From positions 2,370,001-2,402,000 of the forward strand of contig NZ_CP019633.1 of NCBI RefSeq assembly GCF_001997385.1: a stretch of 32,000 nucleotides of DNA, written 5' to 3'. The translations under genes were made by a program, and so were the position numbers. The notes below the pieces were generated by a model. The model was not told the origin of the DNA. It did no database searches and worked only from the letters and a program-made list of their open reading frames with translations. Positions 17,633 through 24,639 of the stretch are shown here, in pieces. Source of the DNA: Sedimentisphaera cyanobacteriorum. Its GTDB lineage: Bacteria; Planctomycetota; Phycisphaerae; Sedimentisphaerales; Sedimentisphaeraceae. Numbering within the stretch: position 1 is the first letter of the stretch; each line of letters starts with the position of its first letter.

Positions 17633-17899
17633 ATGCGAAGATCGAGGTTTAGTGAAAGCCAGATACTTTCGATTCTCAAGGAGTCAGAAGCCGGTTTAGA
17701 GGTCAGTGATTTGACCAGGAAATACGGCATATCCCGTGCCACATTTTACAACTGGAAGAGCAAGTATTCTGGTATTGGCGGCAGTGAGATAAGGCGTTTA
17801 CGCGAGTTAGAGCGAGAGAACGGCAAGCTCAAAAAGATGTATGCGGACTTATCATTAGAGAATAACGTTCTCAAGGATTTAATAGAAAAAAACTTCTAA
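17633..17899 (+). CDS. IS3-family transposase OrfA (HTH)
   Basis: 88 aa. MRRSRFSESQILSILKESEAG...GISRATFYNWKSKY is the IS3/IS911-type helix-turn-helix, followed by a leucine-zipper-like tail. Confidence 0.9.
   Translation: MRRSRFSESQILSILKESEAGLEVSDLTRKYGISRATFYNWKSKYSGIGGSEIRRLRELERENGKLKKMYADLSLENNVLKDLIEKNF
17887..17893 (+). promoter_or_regulatory. Programmed -1 ribosomal frameshift heptamer A-AAA-AAC
   Basis: In the orfA frame the sequence reads GA[A AAA AAC] TTC TAA. The -1 frame is open from here (KKLLKPAERKDFARQAHSKGLCVQSSCKAAG...) straight into orfB. Confidence 0.7.
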
Positions 17900-17952
17900 A
17901 GCCTGCCGAGCGAAAGGATTTTGCCAGGCAGGCACATTCTAAGGGCTTATGC

Positions 17953-18777
17953 GTGCAATCATCTTGTAAAGCAGCAGGCATCAGCCGGGGCAGTTTTTAC
18001 TATACTCCTTCAAGAAACGATGATGCTGAGGTAAAAAGACAGATAGAGCTGGTAATAGATTCCCGTCCTCGACGCGGATTTCCAAAGATATTCGACAGTA
18101 TCCGCCGCAAGGGATATAGCTGGAATCACAAAAAGGTTTATCGTGTTTATAAGGAAAATGAATTTCAGCTTAACAACCGTAAAAAGAATTTGATAAGGCA
18201 AATAGAGCGTAAACCTATGCCAGAAGCCACGAGAGCTAATGAGATATGGAGTATTGATTTTATGAGCGATAGTTTGAGTAATGGTCGGCCATTCAGGGCT
18301 TTCAACGTTATCGATGAGTTTAACCGTGAGGCATTGGATATTGAGATCGACACGAGCTTACCTTCGCTTCGCATAATTCGTAGCCTTGAATTAATAGGCT
18401 CTGATCGGGGTTTCCCCCGCTTTATTCGCAGCGATAATGGGCCGGAATTTAGGAGCCTTCAATTTCGCAGGTTCTGCTGCCGAAACAGAATCAGGCACCG
18501 CCGTATAGAAGCAGGCAAGCCTCAGCAAAACAGTTTTATTGAACGATTCAATCGGAGTTATCGAGAGGATATACTTGATATGTACAGTTTTAAGAATTTA
18601 TCAGAAGCTCGTAATTTAACTTTAGATTGGCTTATAGAATATAATTATGAGCGTGGGCACGAATCACTGGGAGGGAAAGCTCCTGTAGAGTATGTCCGCA
18701 GTTTTTTGCCTTTCACCCCTCAAAATAATTCTGAAGGGGCAAAAGGAAAAAACTGCTGTTTGAAGGAATTTGTCTAA
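17953..18777 (+). CDS. IS3-family transposase OrfB (rve/DDE integrase core), probably made as an OrfAB fusion
   Basis: WSIDFM (D), RSDNGPEF (D) and YNYERGHESLG (E region) are present. The track start is GTG. The frame is open back to the slippery site at 17887. Confidence 0.9.
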   Translation: MQSSCKAAGISRGSFYYTPSRNDDAEVKRQIELVIDSRPRRGFPKIFDSIRRKGYSWNHKKVYRVYKENEFQLNNRKKNLIRQIERKPMPEATRANEIWSIDFMSDSLSNGRPFRAFNVIDEFNREALDIEIDTSLPSLRIIRSLELIGSDRGFPRFIRSDNGPEFRSLQFRRFCCRNRIRHRRIEAGKPQQNSFIERFNRSYREDILDMYSFKNLSEARNLTLDWLIEYNYERGHESLGGKAPVEYVRSFLPFTPQNNSEGAKGKNCCLKEFV

Positions 18778-18823
18778 TTATTACTGTTCAAAGACAGGGG
18801 AGAGGCACAGCGGAGAAACAGAA

Positions 18824-18952
18824 ATGAAGAAGATTCTCACAATCCTTGCAGTATTAACGATAATCGTTTGCATATCAGGCTGCAACACCTTCGAGGGTAT
18901 GGGAGAGGATATCGAGCGTGTCGGCGAGAGCATGCAGGACGCCGGCGACTAA
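18824..18952 (+). CDS. Entericidin EcnA/B-like small lipoprotein (42 aa)
   Basis: MKKILTILAVLTIIVCISGCNTFEGMGEDIERVGESMQDAGD has a lipobox (ISGC) followed by the CNT-x-x-G-x-G-x-D pattern of the entericidin family. The track ORF 18770..18952 starts inside the IS. ATG 18824 follows GGAG. Confidence 0.65.
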   Translation: MKKILTILAVLTIIVCISGCNTFEGMGEDIERVGESMQDAGD

Positions 18953-19126
18953 GCTCACAGCAAAAACAGGAAACCTCAAGCTCGATGCAGTCAGGGCGTG
19001 ATTAGCTTTGTCTGTTCGGGGCGGGTTTGCGCACAATTCGGATAAGCCGGCAGGTTTTGGGGTATTTCAAAGCAGGCTGAAATCATTATAATCGGGAAAA
19101 ACCAAAGATTTAATGTGAGGTTAGAT

Positions 19127-20422
19127 ATGAGCATCCAGCATACAGCAGAAAAAGCGAAAGCGGCATCAAAGCTTATGGCCGCTGTGGATACAGAAACAAA
19201 GAACGAGGCGCTCCGCAAAATCGCAGAGGCTCTCGAGGCGAATAAAGACGAAATCACTGCGGCAAATAAAGAAGATTTAGACAGGGCGGAGAATGAAAAC
19301 CTTGCCCGTCCTCTGCTCAAGAGACTCAAGTTTGACAGCGATAAGATAGCCGGAGTGTGCCGCGGTCTTCGGAGCCTTGCGGGGCTGGAAGACCCTGTGG
19401 GCAAAACGCTCGCCTCAACAGAGCTGGATATCGGCCTCGAGCTCTACAAAACGGCCTGCCCGCTGGGGGTTGTGGGGGTGATATTTGAATCTCGGCCTGA
19501 TGCTCTGGTGCAGATATCCTCGCTCTGCCTGAAAAGCGGAAACGGCGTACTGCTCAAGGGCGGTTCGGAAGCAGCGAAAACCAACCGAATTCTCGCCGAT
19601 ATAATCAGCAGGGTAAGCGAGCAGAGCGGACTGCCGGCCGGGTGGTTAGGACTTCTGGAAACGAGGGAGGATGTTTCGGCGATGCTCGGGCTGGAAAACA
19701 GCGTTGACCTTATCGTCCCCCGCGGCTCGAATGAGTTTGTGCAGTTTATAATGAACAACACGAATATCCCCGTCCTCGGTCATGCGGACGGAATCTGCCA
19801 TGTGTATGTTGACAGGCAGGCGGATTTGGAAATGGCGGCGAGGATTGCCGTTGATTCGAAGTGTCAGTATCCAGCGGTATGCAATGCGATGGAAACGCTG
19901 CTTGTGCATGAGGATATAGCGACTCAGTTCCTGCCATTGGCGAAGAAGGGGCTTGATGAATACGGCTGCAAGCTCAAAGGCTGCGAAAAAACCCGGGAGA
20001 TAATTTCCTGCGAGCCTGCAAACGAGCAGGACTGGCAAACCGAATATCTCGATTATGAGCTCTCGATAAGGGTGGTAAGCCGGCTCGAGGATGCGATAGA
20101 CCATATCAATAAATACGGCTCGGGGCATACAGATGCGATTGTGAGCTCGGATGAGCCTGCGGCAAGAAAATTCCTCTCGCTCGTTGATTCGGCGGATGTT
20201 TTCTGGAATGCAAGCACGCGCTTCAGCGACGGCTTCCGCTACGGACTCGGGGCGGAAGTGGGCATAAGCACAAACAAGATACACGCACGCGGGCCTGTTG
20301 GGCTGGAAGGACTGCTGATTTACAAATGGCTGCTTATAGGCAGCGGGCAAACCGCAGGCGAATACGCCTCGGGCGATAAGCAGTTTAAACATACCCCGCT
20401 GGGGAAAAACTGCCCGCTCTAA
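19127..20422 (+). CDS. proA: Gamma-glutamyl phosphate reductase
   Basis: The aldehyde dehydrogenase fold carries ProA blocks (GVIFESRPDA, LLKGGSEA, IVPRGS, CNAMETLLVH, GSGHTDAIV, NASTRFSDG). ATG 19127 follows GTGAGG. Confidence 0.9.
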   Translation: MSIQHTAEKAKAASKLMAAVDTETKNEALRKIAEALEANKDEITAANKEDLDRAENENLARPLLKRLKFDSDKIAGVCRGLRSLAGLEDPVGKTLASTELDIGLELYKTACPLGVVGVIFESRPDALVQISSLCLKSGNGVLLKGGSEAAKTNRILADIISRVSEQSGLPAGWLGLLETREDVSAMLGLENSVDLIVPRGSNEFVQFIMNNTNIPVLGHADGICHVYVDRQADLEMAARIAVDSKCQYPAVCNAMETLLVHEDIATQFLPLAKKGLDEYGCKLKGCEKTREIISCEPANEQDWQTEYLDYELSIRVVSRLEDAIDHINKYGSGHTDAIVSSDEPAARKFLSLVDSADVFWNASTRFSDGFRYGLGAEVGISTNKIHARGPVGLEGLLIYKWLLIGSGQTAGEYASGDKQFKHTPLGKNCPL

Positions 20423-20447
20423 TTTCACTGCAACGGGGATTTTCAGA

Positions 20448-20475
20448 TTGTAAAATATTTGCTTTTTGTTACAAT
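20448..20475 (+). promoter_or_regulatory. Promoter candidate for tRNA-Pro
   Basis: TTGTAA (20448..20453), 16-nt spacer, TACAAT (20470..20475). It lies about 14 nt upstream of the tRNA 5' end. Confidence 0.4.
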
Positions 20476-20488
20476 CTCCGCTTCAAAT

Positions 20489-20562
20489 CGGGCTGTGGCG
20501 CAGTTTGGTAGCGTGCTTGACTGGGGGTCAAGAGGTCGCAGGTTCAAGTCCTGTCAGCCCGA
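20489..20562 (+). tRNA. tRNA-Pro (anticodon GGG)
   Basis: It was hand-folded into a cloverleaf. The acceptor stem cgggctg/cagcccg has 7 bp. The D stem is gcgc/gcgt. The anticodon stem is cttga/tcaag with loop cuGGGgg. The variable loop has 5 nt. The T arm is gcagg-ttcaagt-cctgt. The discriminator is A and no CCA is encoded. Confidence 0.85.
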
Positions 20563-22013
20563 CTTTGTCCAGAATTGCAGGCGGTATGAAAAGGGTTTTC
20601 AGCATCAGCCTGCTGATAATCGGGATTCAGCGGCATTTCCTGCGCGCCTACGTCCTTGCGCCACTGTTTCAAATCCTTATAGAGCTCATTTACTTTTTCA
20701 GGCATTTTTTCCGCAAGATTATTCTGCTCGCTGAGGTCTTCTCTGAGGTTGTAAAGTTCGAAAGCGCCTTCTGCGTGTCTTCCTTCAATGCTTTTTTCGA
20801 ACCATTCAATAAGTTTGTAATCTCCCTTTCTCACTGCTCCGGAAGGGCCAACTCCGTCGTGGTGGTAATGGGGGTAATGCCAGAAGATTGCATCCCGCTT
20901 CAACTTTCCGCTCTGCCGGAGAAGAGGCATAATGCTTTCCCCGTCAACGTTAGGGCTGGAGACATCGCTGCCTGCGATTTCTGCGAAAGTAGGAAAAAAG
21001 TCTGTGCTGATAACCGGCTCTCTGCACACGCTGCCGGGCTCAATCACGCCGGGCAGGCGGACAATCAGCGGCTCACGTATGCCGCCTTCATAGATGTCGG
21101 CCTTGCTGCCTCGCAAAGGGCTGCAGTCTTTCGGCCCTAAATGCCCGTTGTCGCTGAAAAATACGAACAGCGTATCTTTTTGCAAATCGAGCTCTTCGAG
21201 TTTTCTCAACACATCAGCGAGACTTTTATCAAGCGTTTCAAGCATTGCGGCCTGAACCGGATTATTATGCCCCTGCTGAACATCATTATCAGCCCCGGGC
21301 TTGTTTCGATACTTCTCAATCAATTCGTCCCGCTCTATTTCAGGGTCGTGTATAGAATTGTGCGAGATATAGCAAAAAAACGGCTTATCTTTGTTCGCCT
21401 CAATAAAAGAAACGGCTCGCTCTGTAATCTGGCGAACGTGATGCGCATCGTTTTCATAAGGGCTCTCAGGCCCCGCCCCGGGTTTGTGGGTGGTTAGAAC
21501 ATCATCAAAGCCCTGCGAGCCCGGATCGCCCGGACGGCCGAGCTCGTAATCTTTGTCCTTGTTCAAATGCCACTTCCCGAAATGCCCCGTGGTATAGCCG
21601 GCATCTTTGAGAAGCTCAGCCGCTGTTAATTCTTCAAGCGGGAGATATGCTGTCCAGTCGGGGACAGTGAGCTTTTCATCTGAAGGGCTTCCTGCCTTGA
21701 TGTATTGAGTGAGGTGGAGCCTTGCGGGATATTTGCCCGTCATAATGCTTGCCCGCGTGGGCGAGCATACCGGCGCGGCTGCATACGCATCGGTAAACTT
21801 CATACTTTCAGCTGCCAGCTTATCAATGTTCGGCGTTTCATAAAATTTGCTTCCGTAACAGCCTATTTGATGCCAGCCGAGGTCATCTGCAAGGAATAAA
21901 ACGATGTTCGGCTTATCTCGTTTTTTCTCATTGCCGAAAACAAGATTTCCGCCTGCTAAAAGGAAAGAGGCAGCGCCTGCACTTTTCAAAAAATTACGCC
22001 GATTTAAGTACAT
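20544..22013 (-). CDS. Sulfatase (formylglycine type) with a Tat-like signal
   Basis: MYLNRRNFLKSAGAASFLLAG is the leader. FLADDLGW and CSPTRASIMTG (C-x-P-x-R) are present. 489 aa. The last 6 codons and the TGA stop overlap the 3' end of tRNA-Pro on the opposite strand. Confidence 0.9.
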   Translation of the reverse strand: MYLNRRNFLKSAGAASFLLAGGNLVFGNEKKRDKPNIVLFLADDLGWHQIGCYGSKFYETPNIDKLAAESMKFTDAYAAAPVCSPTRASIMTGKYPARLHLTQYIKAGSPSDEKLTVPDWTAYLPLEELTAAELLKDAGYTTGHFGKWHLNKDKDYELGRPGDPGSQGFDDVLTTHKPGAGPESPYENDAHHVRQITERAVSFIEANKDKPFFCYISHNSIHDPEIERDELIEKYRNKPGADNDVQQGHNNPVQAAMLETLDKSLADVLRKLEELDLQKDTLFVFFSDNGHLGPKDCSPLRGSKADIYEGGIREPLIVRLPGVIEPGSVCREPVISTDFFPTFAEIAGSDVSSPNVDGESIMPLLRQSGKLKRDAIFWHYPHYHHDGVGPSGAVRKGDYKLIEWFEKSIEGRHAEGAFELYNLREDLSEQNNLAEKMPEKVNELYKDLKQWRKDVGAQEMPLNPDYQQADAENPFHTACNSGQSRADRT

Positions 22014-22028
22014 AATTAAGCCTCAGGT

Positions 22029-22481
22029 TTATGGATTAAGCAAAATTTTCACTACTGCTTTATGAATCTCCCCATCGCTGACCAGCGGAGCGTGGGCATC
22101 TTCAGGGAAAAAGACCGCAAAACTGCCCGGGCTGACCGTTTCCCACTTTTCAGGCTCATCTTTGAAAAAAGCAACATCCTTTTCGGGGTTATACGGCTGA
22201 CGAACAAGGCTGCAGTCGGAAGTCTTTTTCCATCCCATCTGCTCATTGCCGCTGATAACATATTGAATATCAATATAGTTCTTATGGGCTTCAAGCTTAG
22301 ATTCCTGTTTACTGCGTCCGGATTCTACTGCGATATTGCAGAATAACCGGCTGCCTTCGAGCTCATATCTGCCCGGCGATAAATCCGCCAACTCAGGCTT
22401 GTTCAAGAATTGAAAGGCCTTTTCAAAAAGCGGGTGCATAGAGTAATAAGAATCCGCCTGGTCTAATCTGTCGATAATCAT
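22029..22481 (-). CDS. YhcH/YjgK/YiaL (DUF386) family protein
   Basis: 150 aa. MIIDRLDQA...HPLFEKAFQFL...GRYELEGSRLFCNI...EAHKNYIDIQYVISGNEQMGW...FFPEDAHAP is the family-typical pattern. It has an AAGGAAAAGGTG RBS. Confidence 0.8.
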   Translation of the reverse strand: MIIDRLDQADSYYSMHPLFEKAFQFLNKPELADLSPGRYELEGSRLFCNIAVESGRSKQESKLEAHKNYIDIQYVISGNEQMGWKKTSDCSLVRQPYNPEKDVAFFKDEPEKWETVSPGSFAVFFPEDAHAPLVSDGEIHKAVVKILLNP

Positions 22482-22541
22482 ACGATCACCTTTTCCTTGT
22501 AAATATTGTTTAATAATTCTGCCGAAAACGGCAGCCGCTCT

Positions 22542-22695
22542 TCAGTCAGCAGGCTGCCACTTCTCACCTGCCTCAAGCTCGCTCATTTTCGGCATATTTT
22601 CAACTTTTTCCAGCGATTCTTCCCATAGTTTATTCAAGTTCGGCAATTCAGCAGACGCCCCTTCTCGGATGAAAATGGGAATCTGATGCACGGGA
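22542..22695 (-). pseudogene. 3' fragment of a gene truncated at the left end of IS3 copy B (possibly a glycoside hydrolase)
   Basis: The minus-strand frame is open from the IS boundary: PVHQIPIFIREGASAELPNLNKLWEESLEKVENMPKMSELEAGEKWQPAD*, with TGA at 22542..22544. IPIFIREGA resembles the C-terminal region of GH31-type enzymes, which is weak evidence. The hairpin ctgccg-aaaa-cggcag at 22519..22534 follows. Confidence 0.45.
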
Positions 22696-22782
22696 TGTAG
22701 CTCTCCCATAGAATTGAACACTTTAAATTAGACGGTTCCTGAATAATATAAACCAACTCAAATATTTAGAAAGGAACTTAAA

Positions 22783-23049
22783 ATGCGAAGATCGAGGTTT
22801 AGTGAAAGCCAGATACTTTCGATTCTCAAGGAGTCAGAAGCCGGTTTAGAGGTCAGTGATTTGACCAGGAAATACGGCATATCCCGTGCCACATTTTACA
22901 ACTGGAAGAGCAAGTATTCTGGTATTGGCGGCAGTGAGATAAGGCGTTTACGCGAGTTAGAGCGAGAGAACGGCAAGCTCAAAAAGATGTATGCGGACTT
23001 ATCATTAGAGAATAACGTTCTCAAGGATTTAATAGAAAAAAACTTCTAA
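22783..23049 (+). CDS. IS3-family transposase OrfA, copy B
   Basis: The 88-aa product is identical to copy A in the ORF track. Confidence 0.9.
   Translation: MRRSRFSESQILSILKESEAGLEVSDLTRKYGISRATFYNWKSKYSGIGGSEIRRLRELERENGKLKKMYADLSLENNVLKDLIEKNF
23037..23043 (+). promoter_or_regulatory. Programmed -1 frameshift heptamer A-AAA-AAC, copy B
   Basis: The sequence context is the same as at 17887..17893. Confidence 0.7.
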
Positions 23050-23102
23050 AGCCTGCCGAGCGAAAGGATTTTGCCAGGCAGGCACATTCTAAGGGCTTAT
23101 GC

Positions 23103-23927
23103 GTGCAATCATCTTGTAAAGCAGCAGGCATCAGCCGGGGCAGTTTTTACTATACTCCTTCAAGAAACGATGATGCTGAGGTAAAAAGACAGATAGAGCT
23201 GGTAATAGATTCCCGTCCTCGACGCGGATTTCCAAAGATATTCGACAGTATCCGCCGCAAGGGATATAGCTGGAATCACAAAAAGGTTTATCGTGTTTAT
23301 AAGGAAAATGAATTTCAGCTTAACAACCGTAAAAAGAATTTGATAAGGCAAATAGAGCGTAAACCTATGCCAGAAGCTACGAGAGCTAATGAGATATGGA
23401 GTATTGATTTTATGAGCGATAGTTTGAGTAATGGTCGGCCATTCAGGGCTTTCAACGTTATCGATGAGTTTAACCGTGAGGCATTGGATATTGAGATCGA
23501 CACGAGCTTACCTTCGCTTCGCATAATTCGTAGCCTTGAATTAATAGGCTCTGATCGGGGTTTCCCCCGCTTTATTCGCAGCGATAATGGGCCGGAATTT
23601 AGGAGCCTTCAATTTCGCAGGTTCTGCTGCCGAAACAGAATCAGGCACCGCCGTATAGAAGCAGGCAAGCCTCAGCAAAACAGTTTTATTGAACGATTCA
23701 ATCGGAGTTATCGAGAGGATATACTTGATATGTACAGTTTTAAGAATTTATCAGAAGCTCGTAATTTAACTTTAGATTGGCTTATAGAATATAATTATGA
23801 GCGTGGGCACGAATCACTGGGAGAGAAAACTCCTGTAGAGTATGTTCGCAGTTTTTTGCCTTTCACCCCTCAAAATAATTCTGAAGGGGCAAAAGGAAAA
23901 AACTGCTGTTTGAAGGAATTTGTCTAA
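23103..23927 (+). CDS. IS3-family transposase OrfB, copy B
   Basis: 274 aa. It differs from copy A only in HESLGEKTPVEY versus HESLGGKAPVEY. Confidence 0.9.
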   Translation: MQSSCKAAGISRGSFYYTPSRNDDAEVKRQIELVIDSRPRRGFPKIFDSIRRKGYSWNHKKVYRVYKENEFQLNNRKKNLIRQIERKPMPEATRANEIWSIDFMSDSLSNGRPFRAFNVIDEFNREALDIEIDTSLPSLRIIRSLELIGSDRGFPRFIRSDNGPEFRSLQFRRFCCRNRIRHRRIEAGKPQQNSFIERFNRSYREDILDMYSFKNLSEARNLTLDWLIEYNYERGHESLGEKTPVEYVRSFLPFTPQNNSEGAKGKNCCLKEFV

Positions 23928-23959
23928 TTATTACTGTTCAAAGACAGGGGAGAGGCACA

Positions 23960-24389
23960 ATTGCTAAATTTCTGTAAAATTCAACAATTTTAAGCATAAA
24001 AATATAGACAAAAGTAAACTTCTTTAGAAGTTTACGCATATTTTACCCAAAAGCGCTGCCGAGGACGTTCATTCCATCAGGTGAATCGGCTTGGCCGGCC
24101 TGCCTGAATCAGGACTGTATAAACTGCCAAACTTTTCTTCAAAGCGAGACCAGTTGACAACCTCTGAGAGTTGGACTAAAGAGTGATCAGGATTTACAAG
24201 AGGTTTTAATGGCTGCTGAAAGAGTAAGCCTGCTTTATTGTTTTTTGCCTTCATTATTTTGTCCCAATATTGCAATGTTTTGATAGATGTAAGATAAACA
24301 CTTGCAATATTATACCATATCTCGAAAGCTTTTCAATCATATAAACCATTATCAGAAAAGAATTTAAGGAAATTTTAAACTTTTTCAGG
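23960..24389 (-). mobile_element. Decayed IS5/IS1182-like remnant: terminally truncated and internally deleted
   Basis: 23960..24073 matches 15878..15992 of the intact copy, and 24074..24389 matches 17010..17326. The first 71 bp and about 1.0 kb of the interior are missing. Several substitutions are scattered along it, so it is more diverged than the IS3 pair. Its end abuts IS3 copy B directly. Confidence 0.85.
24069..24275 (-). pseudogene. Transposase stub of the IS5/IS1182-like remnant
   Basis: This 68-aa ORF matches the first 65 residues of the 454-aa transposase apart from R to H near its end. It then runs into the deletion junction. Confidence 0.85.
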
Positions 24390-24570
24390 TTTACGCTATC
24401 TCTTAGGCGGCCGGAAAAATTCAAAAAATGGATAAATATTTTTTCACCCCAAATACTATTTTTTTAATTTCAATAACTTACAGACAAACCGAAAAGCTCC
24501 GAAAACTTCAGAACCGCCAGTCTTCAGTAAATCCGTAATGTTCGTAGCAAGCGGCTTTCGGATTTTCAAA

Positions 24571-24617
24571 ATTGAAAGAGAAAAAGCCACCCGAATTAAT
24601 CAAACTCAGGCGGCTTT
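24571..24617 (-). terminator. Rho-independent terminator candidate for the prepilin-like gene
   Basis: On the minus strand the stem aaagccgcc pairs with ggtggcttt (9 bp including one G-U). It is followed by ttctctttc. It starts about 22 nt after the TAA at 24640..24642. Confidence 0.5.
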
Positions 24618-24639
24618 AATTTTTGTTTATAGGACGATG

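Larger units (their letters stand above)
17546..18809 (+). mobile_element. IS3-family insertion sequence, copy A (1264 bp), with a 4-bp target duplication
   Basis: It has TG...CA termini. The left IR is tgtagctctcccatagaattgaaca and the right IR (reverse complement) is tgtgcctctcccctgtctttgaaca (about 18 of 25 match). The flanking direct repeat is GCGG at 17542..17545 and 18810..18813. It has the orfA/orfB layout. The size and 4-bp duplication suggest the IS407-like subgroup (inference). Confidence 0.9.
22696..23959 (+). mobile_element. IS3-family insertion sequence, copy B (1264 bp), without a target duplication
   Basis: It is colinear with copy A at an offset of exactly 5150 bp. I found 4 substitutions (the equivalents of 18228, 18674, 18679 and 18696). 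The left flank is GGGA and the right flank is ATTG, so no direct repeat is present. Confidence 0.9.

Noticed and set aside
17546-23959. The IS3 pair as a true composite transposon that moved the proA/tRNA/sulfatase segment as a unit.
   Set aside because: Copy A carries its own 4-bp GCGG duplication, indicating an independent simple insertion. The outer flanks of the pair (GCGG on the left, ATTG on the right) do not match. The cargo includes core genes (proA, a tRNA). The arrangement is kept only as a recombination-prone structure.
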